The notes under the pieces are model-generated. The model saw only the letters and a list, made by a program, of their open reading frames with translations, was not told where the DNA came from and did no database searches. DNA of 64,000 nt from an uncultured Candidatus Saccharibacteria bacterium (lineage in GTDB: Bacteria > Patescibacteriota > Saccharimonadia > Saccharimonadales > AWTP1-31). Where the stretch lies: NCBI GenBank assembly GCA_964634445.1, contig CAZWJA010000003.1, positions 24,019 through 88,018 of the forward strand, in the 5' to 3' direction. The position numbers were made by a program, and so were the translations under genes. Shown here one piece after another: positions 44,008-52,393 of the stretch (positions are counted from its first letter, which is position 1; every line of letters starts with the position of its first letter).

Positions 44008-44289
44008 TTATTTTCTTTTTGATCGATAATTGGAATAAATACCTATTATACTCAAAGTTAAACCTGCATATAATCCATATATACTTAATCGGCCAATGAG
44101 TGAAGCCATGTCTAAGGAACTGCAGACACGGTCATCTGATGAAATACATTTGTTACCAACATCATAGGTATGCAGCAAGTTAAAAATCATGACGACAAAA
44201 CTGACCGTAAACAATATCATTCCGGAAATAATATAATTGTTTAAGCTACTGCGGTTACTGTCTTTATTATCTTTATTAAGCTTTGGCAT
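44008..44289 (-). CDS. Small membrane protein
   Basis: Two hydrophobic helices. No recognisable domain. Confidence 0.4.
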   Translation of the reverse strand: MPKLNKDNKDSNRSSLNNYIISGMILFTVSFVVMIFNLLHTYDVGNKCISSDDRVCSSLDMASLIGRLSIYGLYAGLTLSIIGIYSNYRSKRK

Positions 44290-44327
44290 AATCTAAGAAT
44301 AAGCCATATCTCTGATATAGTAAATTC

Positions 44328-44825
44328 ATGACAAATACATCATCAGTTAATACTAATATACCTAGTGGGCAACAAGTATTTACAGCTTGTGCTTTTATTC
44401 ACAAGTTAATTGGCAGTGAAGAAAAAGTGTTTTTGGCCAAGCGTGCAGCTACTAAAAAGTTTTTGCCAAACGTTTTTGAACTACCTGGCGGCCATATAAA
44501 TTTCAATGAGGATTTGAAGTTAGGTTTAGCCAGGGAAATTATGGAGGAATTCCAAAAAGATATTGTTATCAATGATCCTTTTTACGTTTTTACATATCAT
44601 AACGAAATAACCGGGACCCATTCGATTGAAGTAGTATATTATGCTCAGTTTACAAATGACTCCATGCCTGTAATCCTTAACCAAGCAGATCATTCTGAAT
44701 ATGGCTGGTACGGCGTAAACGAACTCGACAAAGCTTATTCGGAAGCTAAAGGTGAAGATGACGAGGAGTTTATTGCAATTAGAAAAGGTTTTGAGCTAAT
44801 AAATGGCGGGAAATTAAAATACTAA
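44328..44825 (+). CDS. NUDIX hydrolase
   Basis: The Nudix box GGHINFNEDLKLGLAREIMEEF fits GX5EX7REUXEEXGU. Confidence 0.82.
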   Translation: MTNTSSVNTNIPSGQQVFTACAFIHKLIGSEEKVFLAKRAATKKFLPNVFELPGGHINFNEDLKLGLAREIMEEFQKDIVINDPFYVFTYHNEITGTHSIEVVYYAQFTNDSMPVILNQADHSEYGWYGVNELDKAYSEAKGEDDEEFIAIRKGFELINGGKLKY

Positions 44826-45145
44826 TGAAGGAATTAGTTAAATTAGTCGTATTTATTCCTGAAGAAAATGCTAATCAAATGCGACAAGCTTTAGGTGAAG
44901 CCGGTGCTGGAAAAATCGGCGATTATTCTTTCTGTAGTTATTCAATCAGAGTTATTGGACGATTCAAACCAGGTAAAAATGCTAATCCGCATATTGGATC
45001 TAAAGGCAAGTTGGAAGAAGTAAATGAAGAGCGAATTGAAGTCGCTTGCGATAAATCGCAAGTAACAGACATAGTTAATCTAATAAAAAATGTCCATCCT
45101 TACGAAGAAGTAGTCATAGACATTTACCCGATGTTGTCATTTTAA
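44825..45145 (+). CDS. NIF3/YqfO-insert-like small protein (COG3323-like)
   Basis: KLVVFIPEENANQMRQALGEAGAGKIGDYSFCS...GRFKPGKNANPHIGSKGKLEEVNEERIEV follows the PII-like NIF3 insert-domain pattern, recalled from memory. Confidence 0.45.
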   Translation: MKELVKLVVFIPEENANQMRQALGEAGAGKIGDYSFCSYSIRVIGRFKPGKNANPHIGSKGKLEEVNEERIEVACDKSQVTDIVNLIKNVHPYEEVVIDIYPMLSF

Positions 45146-45152
45146 AATATAA

Positions 45153-45650
45153 CTACCTGCCCCTTTTACCTTTTTTATGTCCCCTTAAACCTCTGCCGCC
45201 AGACCAAAGCTGAAGCATGGCAATAAACACTGCCGTGCCAACAAGAACTGTTTGGTACTGCAGTAATTGGCTCCACTGCTGAGAGGCAATAATATTACTA
45301 GAAGTTCCAGGTGAAAGTAAAGGTACTACCAAATAGACGGCCATTACGCCTGTCAGGGCGGCTGGCAACAAGTTGGTTATTGCATTCGGACCGCTGACTG
45401 ATTTTCTTAGCAGCAGCATAGTTATTAAAGCCGGCAAAACCAAAAGTAAGACATTCGTAATTGCCATGCTGTTTTCACTGTAGTTCTTAATGAAATACTG
45501 CATGAAATCAAGTGCACCATCACTCACAAAATTTGTCAGAATGTTACCAGCTGCAAGAGCTAGAAAAACATAAGATGCTTTTACTCGCAACAGATTGATT
45601 AATACAAAAGTCAAGCCGCCAATTAGGGCAATAACTATAAGCGGATTCAT
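45153..45650 (-). CDS. Polytopic membrane protein
   Basis: Four to five hydrophobic helices and a basic C-terminal tail. No recognisable domain. Confidence 0.45.
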   Translation of the reverse strand: MNPLIVIALIGGLTFVLINLLRVKASYVFLALAAGNILTNFVSDGALDFMQYFIKNYSENSMAITNVLLLVLPALITMLLLRKSVSGPNAITNLLPAALTGVMAVYLVVPLLSPGTSSNIIASQQWSQLLQYQTVLVGTAVFIAMLQLWSGGRGLRGHKKGKRGR

Positions 45651-45711
45651 GCCCTAATCATACCATGGCACTATACTTTGAAGTTACTAATTAAGGTGAT
45701 TATTATTTATA

Positions 45712-46614
45712 TTAAGCGCCGACCCGGTCTTTGCGGTTCTTGGCTTTAGCGTTCTGTTCGATGTATTCAATTATCCGTTCGGCAACGTTGCGGTCAGTCA
45801 CTTTTTCAATTGCAAAACCTGGAGACGGATTCACTTCCAGTACCAATGGTCCGCGTTCGCTTCTCATCATATCGACACCGCAGATTGATAAGCCCATAGC
45901 TTTGGCAGCTTTGAGGGCAGTCTTGCGTTCTTCTTCGCTAAGCTTAACGACAGACCCTTCTCCGCCTTGGTGAATATTAGACCTGAAATCGTCGTCTAGA
46001 CTCTGACGCTTCATGCTTGCTACAACTCGGCCCCCAACAACGAAAGCACGAATATCTTCACCGGCAGATTCTTCGACGAATTCCTGCACTAGGAATGACA
46101 CGCCTTCGACATAGAAGGCCTGCATTACCGCTTGCGCAGCTTTTTTAGTTTCAGCTAGTACAACTCCATTGCCATGAGTTCCACGGGCTACCTTGATAAT
46201 CAACGGAGTTCCACCGGCCTGCTCGATAACGTCTTCTACATCAGAGGTTTCCCGGGCGAACACGGTTTTTGGAATACCGACATCAGCTCGACCTAGTATC
46301 TGCATTGAGCGCAGCTTGTCTCGTGACCGGTTGATAGCGATTGAACTGGCAGTGGTATATACACCCTGCATTTCAAACTGCCGGACCATGGCTGTGCCGT
46401 ATTTGGTAATACTAGAACCAATTCTAGGAATTATCACGTCTATGTCCGTCAAGTCTTCTCCTCGGTAGCGTACAACTGGCCGGCTTTTTTCGACCGTAAC
46501 ATAACACTCGGCATGATTAATAACCCGGACTTTATGACCACGCTTAATAGCTTCTTCTTTTAGCCTTTTAGTTGAATAATTCCCGGGTCCCCGGGATAGA
46601 ATTGCAATATTCAT
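45712..46614 (-). CDS. rimK: RimK-family alpha-L-glutamate ligase (ATP-grasp)
   Basis: MNIAILSRGPGNYSTKRL..., PLIIKVARGTHGNGV, the EFVEES...DIRAFVVG motif and GVDMMRSERGPLVLEVNPSPG. The start is set at 46614; the track's 30-codon extension overlaps the upstream gene. Confidence 0.88.
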   Translation of the reverse strand: MNIAILSRGPGNYSTKRLKEEAIKRGHKVRVINHAECYVTVEKSRPVVRYRGEDLTDIDVIIPRIGSSITKYGTAMVRQFEMQGVYTTASSIAINRSRDKLRSMQILGRADVGIPKTVFARETSDVEDVIEQAGGTPLIIKVARGTHGNGVVLAETKKAAQAVMQAFYVEGVSFLVQEFVEESAGEDIRAFVVGGRVVASMKRQSLDDDFRSNIHQGGEGSVVKLSEEERKTALKAAKAMGLSICGVDMMRSERGPLVLEVNPSPGFAIEKVTDRNVAERIIEYIEQNAKAKNRKDRVGA

Positions 46615-46615
46615 A

Positions 46616-47104
46616 TTAGTCCTCAATGCTTTCTTCGTCTTCTGGCAGAGCGATTCCATATTTTTCTTTGAGCAGCTTGCGGTTAATGTTCGAATCTCGG
46701 ACATCTACTAAAAAGCGGTTGCGAATCAGTTTGCGTCCCATAAGGATCGGGTATATCTTTTTAGACCGGTCGGCTAGAGTAAAGGTCGTAAAGAAAACTT
46801 TTGAACTTATTTTTACTCTGAGCTTAACTTCAAATCTGGTTTCTTCATGACCAAATGAATTGGCAATTTTTACTCGGCTGTATTCTGTTGTCTCTACAAC
46901 TTCAGATTCTGTAGCACATGGATGGCCGGTAAATAATGAGTACTGTAGATACTTTACGCCGTTTTTTGTAATTTCCTTAGCTTTAGTACAGTGGACAGCC
47001 GACCGGTAGGCACCGGTATCGGTTTTTGCAGGAACGTCGTGAATATTAAGATCAACAAAAGTAATCGGCTCGCCTCTGCCAATGACCATAGGGTATTTGC
47101 TCAT
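46616..47104 (-). CDS. RimK-associated retropepsin-like / ATP-dependent zinc protease family protein (RimB-like, PF05618)
   Basis: IGRGEPITFVDLNIHDVPAKTDTGAYRSAVH matches the family N-terminus. It lies immediately upstream of rimK with a 1-nt gap. Confidence 0.7.
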   Translation of the reverse strand: MSKYPMVIGRGEPITFVDLNIHDVPAKTDTGAYRSAVHCTKAKEITKNGVKYLQYSLFTGHPCATESEVVETTEYSRVKIANSFGHEETRFEVKLRVKISSKVFFTTFTLADRSKKIYPILMGRKLIRNRFLVDVRDSNINRKLLKEKYGIALPEDEESIED

Positions 47105-47294
47105 ACTTCGCTTCCTTTTGTTAAACTTAATTTAATCCCGAGATTATACTATATTTTCACATTTATGTCAATACTAATTTACTTATTTTATCTTTGGTTA
47201 GAAAGAACTTTATATCTGTTATTTAACACTTACTACTTTAAAAAGTTACGGTGTTACGTCTGCATTATACCCTCTTTAATATATACTGCTATAT

Positions 47295-48518
47295 ATGATT
47301 TTAGTTGTCGGAAAACATTTCAACGGTCTCAGGCAGTATCTTGCTGACCAAGGTATCGAACAAATGCTGCTTCTGGATGAACTTGTTGGTGAAAATCACG
47401 CAATTAAACAGGGGTGCAATTTTGTCACCGCATCTTTCTCTAGCCGCGAATCAATTGAATCTGTATTAGAGCAAATACCCGGCAAAGTCGACGCAGTAGT
47501 GGCTATATATGAGAACTACGTACTACCGGCTGCCTGGATTGCGGAAAAACTAAAAGCCAACGGCTTGCCGGTAAAAAGCGCTGAAGCCTGCACGGACAAA
47601 GAGCTAATGAGGTCCTTATTCAATAAAGCCCCGAAACAGATCAGCCCGGATTTTAGAGTCGTAAACGAAAAACAAGAACTTCTTGATTTTGCTGACAAAC
47701 ACAGCTACCCACTAGTCTTAAAGCCTGCCAACCTGGCCAAAAGTCTGCTGGTTACCACCTGCAACAATAAGGACGAGCTGGTAGATTCTTACGAATCTGC
47801 CCTTAGGGAAATCAATAACATCTACCGTAAACATGCTCCGCACAGAAAACCCAAGCTAATCATTGAGGAATACTTAAAAGGACCAGTCCATTCCGTGGAT
47901 GCATTCGTAGATGGAGACGGCAAGCCCCATATCCTAGATGCGATCGTAGATTACCGGACCGGCCACGATATCGGCTACCACGACAATTTCCACTACAGCC
48001 GAGTATTACCGACAAGCTTAAGCAAAGAAGATCAGAAAAAGTTTAAGGAAGCCGCCGAACTCGGCGTAAAAGCATTAGGAATGAAATATACGGCCGCTCA
48101 TATCGAGATCATTATGACAGAGCAAGGTCCGAGAATAGTTGAGATTGGTGCCCGGAACGGTGGCTACCGGCCAAGAATGCATATGCTGGCTAACGGTATT
48201 AATATCTACCAGCAGCTAATAAATACATTGACTGATCAGCCAATTGACATAACTAATAAGAAAAATAGCGGCTGTGCCGTTCTTGAACTGTTTCCAAAAG
48301 TACCCGGCGAATTTAAAGAGCTGCTAAATGAAGTTAAGTTAAGACAGCTTGATTCTTTTAAATACCTTAGCCTGAAGGCCAAGCCAGGCGAACATATTGG
48401 CTTGTCCTCCCAAGGCTATAAAATGTCTGCCGTAGTTATTTTGCAGAACGATAATTTAAATCAGTTTAAGAGTGACCTAGAGTTTGTAGATGATAATGTC
48501 AGGGTTGATACTCGTTAA
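47295..48518 (+). CDS. ATP-grasp enzyme, L-amino-acid-ligase-like (ATP-grasp_4 type)
   Basis: YPLVLKPANLAKSL, IIEEYLKGPVHSVDAFV and AAHIEIIMTEQGPRIVEIGARNGG form an ATP-grasp core with a pre-ATP-grasp N-terminal domain. Confidence 0.8.
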   Translation: MILVVGKHFNGLRQYLADQGIEQMLLLDELVGENHAIKQGCNFVTASFSSRESIESVLEQIPGKVDAVVAIYENYVLPAAWIAEKLKANGLPVKSAEACTDKELMRSLFNKAPKQISPDFRVVNEKQELLDFADKHSYPLVLKPANLAKSLLVTTCNNKDELVDSYESALREINNIYRKHAPHRKPKLIIEEYLKGPVHSVDAFVDGDGKPHILDAIVDYRTGHDIGYHDNFHYSRVLPTSLSKEDQKKFKEAAELGVKALGMKYTAAHIEIIMTEQGPRIVEIGARNGGYRPRMHMLANGINIYQQLINTLTDQPIDITNKKNSGCAVLELFPKVPGEFKELLNEVKLRQLDSFKYLSLKAKPGEHIGLSSQGYKMSAVVILQNDNLNQFKSDLEFVDDNVRVDTR

Positions 48519-48576
48519 AATTATTATATCTATTTGTTGTTGTTATTATCAATTGTTTATTGTATAATAACTTTAT

Positions 48577-49344
48577 ATGGAAATAATTGTACCTAAGTTA
48601 CAGGTAGTAGCCATGGGCAGCGCGCTTCTAACTGAACGTGAACAAATATTTACTCGCCAAGCTCTGGACATGACCGGCGAGCAGAAGCCAACTGTCTTAA
48701 CTATTAATACTGCAAAGGCAACTGCTGAATCTTGCGAAGCATATGCTGAGAAAACACAGGCTCATTTTACTAATTTAGGTGCATCAGTTTTAGACCTGCA
48801 TCAGTTCGAGCAACCTCCGAGTAGCTTGGAGATAGTTGAAAAAATAGGAGCTGCATCAATGCTGTTTGTTGCTGGCGGGAATACACGTGCGATGATAAAT
48901 TTCTGGCGACAAAATAATATTGCCGCTGAAATTGAAAGCAAGATCCGCGAAGGTGTTGTTTTAGCTGGCGGAAGTGCTGGGGCTTTAGCATGGTTTGAAC
49001 TAGGACACAGTGATGCTGAATTTTATGAGAAACCTGAAGGTGAGCCATGGGAATATATTTTGACTGAAGGACTAGGATTTATAGGAGCGACAGCCTGCCC
49101 CCATTTTGATTCTAAAACTGCCGATAATGAACCTAGACGCGATAATTTTACTCAACTTCTGATTAAAAACGACCATCCTATGCCTGCTATTGGTATAACT
49201 AATAGAGCAGCCTTAGTTATCGATGGCGAGGATTACAGAACTCTTAGTGTAGATGAAACTGGAGCTGTTTTTACGATTGAATTAGACAGCAATGATAACG
49301 CTACAGAAATTCAGTTGGATAAGGGTAAAATTGCAGATCTTTAA
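48577..49344 (+). CDS. Peptidase S51 family (dipeptidase E / cyanophycinase-like)
   Basis: LFVAGGNTRAMINFW, the nucleophile elbow LAGGSAGALAW and a downstream His (CPHFD). Confidence 0.78.
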   Translation: MEIIVPKLQVVAMGSALLTEREQIFTRQALDMTGEQKPTVLTINTAKATAESCEAYAEKTQAHFTNLGASVLDLHQFEQPPSSLEIVEKIGAASMLFVAGGNTRAMINFWRQNNIAAEIESKIREGVVLAGGSAGALAWFELGHSDAEFYEKPEGEPWEYILTEGLGFIGATACPHFDSKTADNEPRRDNFTQLLIKNDHPMPAIGITNRAALVIDGEDYRTLSVDETGAVFTIELDSNDNATEIQLDKGKIADL

Positions 49345-49347
49345 CTT

Positions 49348-49452
49348 CTATTTTTGACTTACTCTCAAATATGCAAACACAATAACGGCTAGGATTACTA
49401 AAATTATACTTAGCATCATAGGTATAAAACCGTTTTGGTTGTCTTTAAGCAT
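49348..49452 (-). CDS. Possible 34-aa mini-protein with a pilin-leader-like N-terminus
   Basis: Not in the track. The reverse strand reads MLKDNQNGFIPMMLSIILVILAVIVFAYLRVSQK*. The KDNQNGF leader plus hydrophobic helix resembles the 27474..28073 N-terminus, but it lacks E at +5. Confidence 0.3.
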   Translation of the reverse strand: MLKDNQNGFIPMMLSIILVILAVIVFAYLRVSQK

Positions 49453-49490
49453 TATAAGTATTCTATAATCTTAAGTTAAAGTTTTCAATC

Positions 49491-50381
49491 CTATATCACG
49501 CAGGACAATGCTTTTGGCTTGATACTTACCTTGACCTGGCAGTCGGGATCAATGTCAAAGACTTCCCCGTCTAGCTGGACTGAGAGTTTTTTTATCGTCT
49601 TGAAGGAATAATTGTCAGTTTGAATTGAGTGAGGTACTCCACTAGTAGCTGCCTTAACTAGACTGCGTAGTATAGTCGCCCTGTCCGGTTCGATTGTAAA
49701 AACCTCGAACTTGCCGTCGTCTATGCTTGAGTCTTTAGACAAGTTAAAGAATTTACTCATTCGGCTGACATTGCTAATTACAAGGCTGAAATACTGTTGT
49801 TTCTTTCCAGACTTTTCGATTAACATTGGCTTGGTATTGGAAATTGTCTTTAGTACTATCCGGATTTCCTTGGCCGGCGTAAGATCTATCTTATTTAGTT
49901 CTTTACTTGCTTCTGGTGTTATACCAAAACCAATATAGCTGTGAGCGTACCTTTGCCAAGGTTTGCCATTTATTTTTGCCGAAATTGATAGCAGATCTAT
50001 TTGCTTGGTTGAGCCGTCTTTAATTTGCTTCAAGATATCCCGGTCATGCAGTTCTTTGTAGTGGTCATTGGCGTTCCCGGACGGCAACAGCCCGCTGACA
50101 ACTGTTTTTCCTGCTTCATTTGCTTTCATGATGCCGTTGACAACTTCGTTGTAACCGCCATCGCCGCTGGAAGAAATAACTAATGGATTGTCAGTACTAA
50201 TTGAATGCTCATAGGCAAGTTCTTCGGCATGTCCGCTATGCTCGGTTGCCGCAATTTGGACCTGCTCGTCATAACCTAGACGTTTAAGTCTTTTAGCCAG
50301 CCGTTCAGCTTTTTTTTGACTTGAGCCAGTAGAATTCGGATTATATATAATTGTTATCGAACTATAATGCATCCCAACCAT
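49491..50381 (-). CDS. Diacylglycerol-kinase-catalytic-domain lipid kinase (YegS/DagK-like)
   Basis: ITIIYNPNSTGS and SSGDGGYNEVVNG (a variant of GGDGT..NG), followed by LPSGNANDH. Confidence 0.75.
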   Translation of the reverse strand: MVGMHYSSITIIYNPNSTGSSQKKAERLAKRLKRLGYDEQVQIAATEHSGHAEELAYEHSISTDNPLVISSSGDGGYNEVVNGIMKANEAGKTVVSGLLPSGNANDHYKELHDRDILKQIKDGSTKQIDLLSISAKINGKPWQRYAHSYIGFGITPEASKELNKIDLTPAKEIRIVLKTISNTKPMLIEKSGKKQQYFSLVISNVSRMSKFFNLSKDSSIDDGKFEVFTIEPDRATILRSLVKAATSGVPHSIQTDNYSFKTIKKLSVQLDGEVFDIDPDCQVKVSIKPKALSCVI

Positions 50382-50454
50382 TATATAGGAAATGTTCGTT
50401 AATACTTGCTTAACAGGAATATAATTAGAACTTAAGGGAACTTAAGGAGGAGAT

Positions 50455-50850
50455 ATGAAAATAGTAAACGGATTTGGCAGTTTTTCGATCAAGGATACCG
50501 ATAGAAGCTTAAAGTTCTACAAAGAAACACTAGGGCTGGATGCAAACAAAGAAGAAAAGATGGGTCTAATTAAACTTAGCCTTCCAAATGGTGGAGAAAT
50601 AATGATCTACCCAAAAGGCGACGGACATACTCCGGCTACCTTTACGGTTCTAAATCTGGTAGTAGACAATCTAGATGAATCTGTTGACGAGCTAAGTAGT
50701 AAAGGAATTGTTTTTGAACAATACGACAATGAGAATATGAAGACCGATGAAAAAGGAATCGTTAGATCCGATGGCGAACACGGTCCTAGCATTGCCTGGT
50801 TCAAGGATCTAGACGGTAATATCTTGTCGCTGATAGAAAAAGACAAATAA
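50455..50850 (+). CDS. VOC/glyoxalase-family protein
   Basis: FSIKDTDRSLKFYKETLGL plus a C-terminal WFKDLDGNILSL beta-alpha-beta-beta-beta module. Confidence 0.72.
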   Translation: MKIVNGFGSFSIKDTDRSLKFYKETLGLDANKEEKMGLIKLSLPNGGEIMIYPKGDGHTPATFTVLNLVVDNLDESVDELSSKGIVFEQYDNENMKTDEKGIVRSDGEHGPSIAWFKDLDGNILSLIEKDK

Positions 50851-51332
50851 TGGCTGGAAAAATATACTTTATTGCGGCCATAGACGCAAAGCGTGGGATC
50901 GCGGATGAACATGGTATTCCCTGGCAAGGTAAAATTCCAGGAGATGTTGCCCATTTCCGAGACTCGACAATTCACAAGAGCATCATGATGGGTGCCGGCT
51001 GGTACAAAGAACAGATCAAGCCTCTGCCGGAGCGGATTAACTATGTCGCTACTAGTTCTAACGATGAACTTAGACCTGGGTTTGTAAAAGTACCGGATGC
51101 TAGAGAATTTTTAATTAATTCTGATCAGGAAATCTGGGTTGGAGGCGGCGCCGGACTATTTGCCAGTACGCTCGACCTGGCCGACGAACTAGACCTGACA
51201 ATACTTGACGCTAAATTTAGCTGTACTAAATTCTTCCCGGAATATGAAGACAAATTTGTTAAATTTTACGAAAGCACGCCGATGACGGAAAATGGAATTA
51301 CTTACAGGTTTACAAAATGGAAAAAGAAATAA
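50850..51332 (+). CDS. folA: Dihydrofolate reductase
   Basis: IYFIAAIDAKRGIADEHGIPWQGKIPGDVAHFRDST...IMMGAGWY...WVGGGAGLF follows the DHFR fold motifs. Size is about 160 aa. Confidence 0.72.
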   Translation: MAGKIYFIAAIDAKRGIADEHGIPWQGKIPGDVAHFRDSTIHKSIMMGAGWYKEQIKPLPERINYVATSSNDELRPGFVKVPDAREFLINSDQEIWVGGGAGLFASTLDLADELDLTILDAKFSCTKFFPEYEDKFVKFYESTPMTENGITYRFTKWKKK

Positions 51333-51339
51333 GTATTAA

Positions 51340-52179
51340 TTATATACAGGAGTGGTTTTTGTCTAAGTTCTGTTGGACATATTGTGTAAGAGAAATAAAG
51401 CCACCGTTAGTTAAAGGATCTACCTTGCAATTTGCTTTGGCATTTTCCAAGCTCGCTCCGCTAGGCCGCCAATTGGCTAATCCGTTGAGGTTACTATCTG
51501 CATCCACCGTACCGACGATTGAATTCCACTGGAAAGCTGTAGAGTATAACCCGACTTTAGCCTGATTCTGTTTGAAATATGCTGTCATGCCTTCCAGTGA
51601 TGCTGCATTACGAGCCAGTGCCTCGTAAGATCCGGATTGCCAGGTGTTCATAGTCTCGACATCCAACCACCAATAATAATCGGCAATGGCAGTACTTATT
51701 CCTGCTTTAGCTGCTGCCGGCTTAAACCGGTCTAAATAATCTTCTACCGCTCGGTTCCAACCATACTGCCAAGAACAGGCTAAATCATTTGCACCAGTGC
51801 AGGTACCTTGCGGGTTAGGTGCAGTATTCCCTGACTTATCCTTATTATTAGTTGGCCATGTAGTTATCTGGTTAATTACTTCCCCGGGATTTGCAGTGTT
51901 TACATAAAGCTGAATTTTAGGCTGGTTAGTCGTGCCACTAGCTTTTTTGGCCCAAGTAAGTTGGCTAGATAGGCACGGGTTAGTAGTTGCGGCATTGCCA
52001 CCGTTTACCCCGATAATTGCAAAAGCAGCATCAGTCGGTAATTTCTTGCCACATTGCGGATAGGAAATGTCATAGCCGACTTTTTCGGTTACACTAATCG
52101 GCCTTGCGGCATTAGCTTTAGTATTAATTGCGATTAGCGAAACTAGTACACCGGCAATTAGTAAGTATCTCCTCTTCAT
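51340..52179 (-). CDS. Secreted lysozyme-like (GH25/DUF1906-like) protein
   Basis: Signal peptide. GYDISYPQCG... and W-rich TIM-barrel-like motifs resemble DUF1906/GH25-type cell-wall hydrolases, recalled from memory. Confidence 0.45.
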   Translation of the reverse strand: MKRRYLLIAGVLVSLIAINTKANAARPISVTEKVGYDISYPQCGKKLPTDAAFAIIGVNGGNAATTNPCLSSQLTWAKKASGTTNQPKIQLYVNTANPGEVINQITTWPTNNKDKSGNTAPNPQGTCTGANDLACSWQYGWNRAVEDYLDRFKPAAAKAGISTAIADYYWWLDVETMNTWQSGSYEALARNAASLEGMTAYFKQNQAKVGLYSTAFQWNSIVGTVDADSNLNGLANWRPSGASLENAKANCKVDPLTNGGFISLTQYVQQNLDKNHSCI

Positions 52180-52276
52180 CCTTCTATTATAACAAAATGC
52201 TTTGGCTTAAAATTGATTAATTTATATTTGCATGTTGGATCAGTTCGTGCTAACCTTAATCCTAATGCATAAGTTT

Positions 52277-52345
52277 AAGGATCTCCATGAATCTTAAAAA
52301 GGGGATCCTTTTTATATCAAACAGCCCTCCGGGGCTGTTTTTTTA
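52277..52345 (+). terminator. Two tandem intrinsic-terminator-like hairpins in the leader of the asnA-like gene
   Basis: Hairpin 1: AAGGATCTCC (52277-86) / GGGGATCCTT (52301-10), 10 bp with one G.U pair, then TTTTT. Hairpin 2: ACAGCCC (52321-27) / GGGCTGT (52332-38), then TTTTTTT. Both are oriented with the + strand. Confidence 0.55.
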
Positions 52346-52393
52346 TGCATTAATTTTATCAACCAAAATAATAAAACATCAAAGGAGGTGTGA

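Noticed and set aside
46991-47347. 118-aa plus-strand ORF spanning the RimB-like gene start and the divergent intergenic region. Also 51317..51565 (82 aa) and 2251..2469 (72 aa).
   Set aside because: They overlap better-supported genes or AT-rich promoter DNA. Their translations are low-complexity or hydrophobic noise with no motifs.
52180-52393. T-box riboswitch upstream of the aaRS-like gene.
   Set aside because: The leader is short (~214 nt) and I could not find the conserved T-box sequence (…GGGTGGNACCGCG…) or a specifier-loop arrangement. It is kept only as a generic attenuator/terminator observation.
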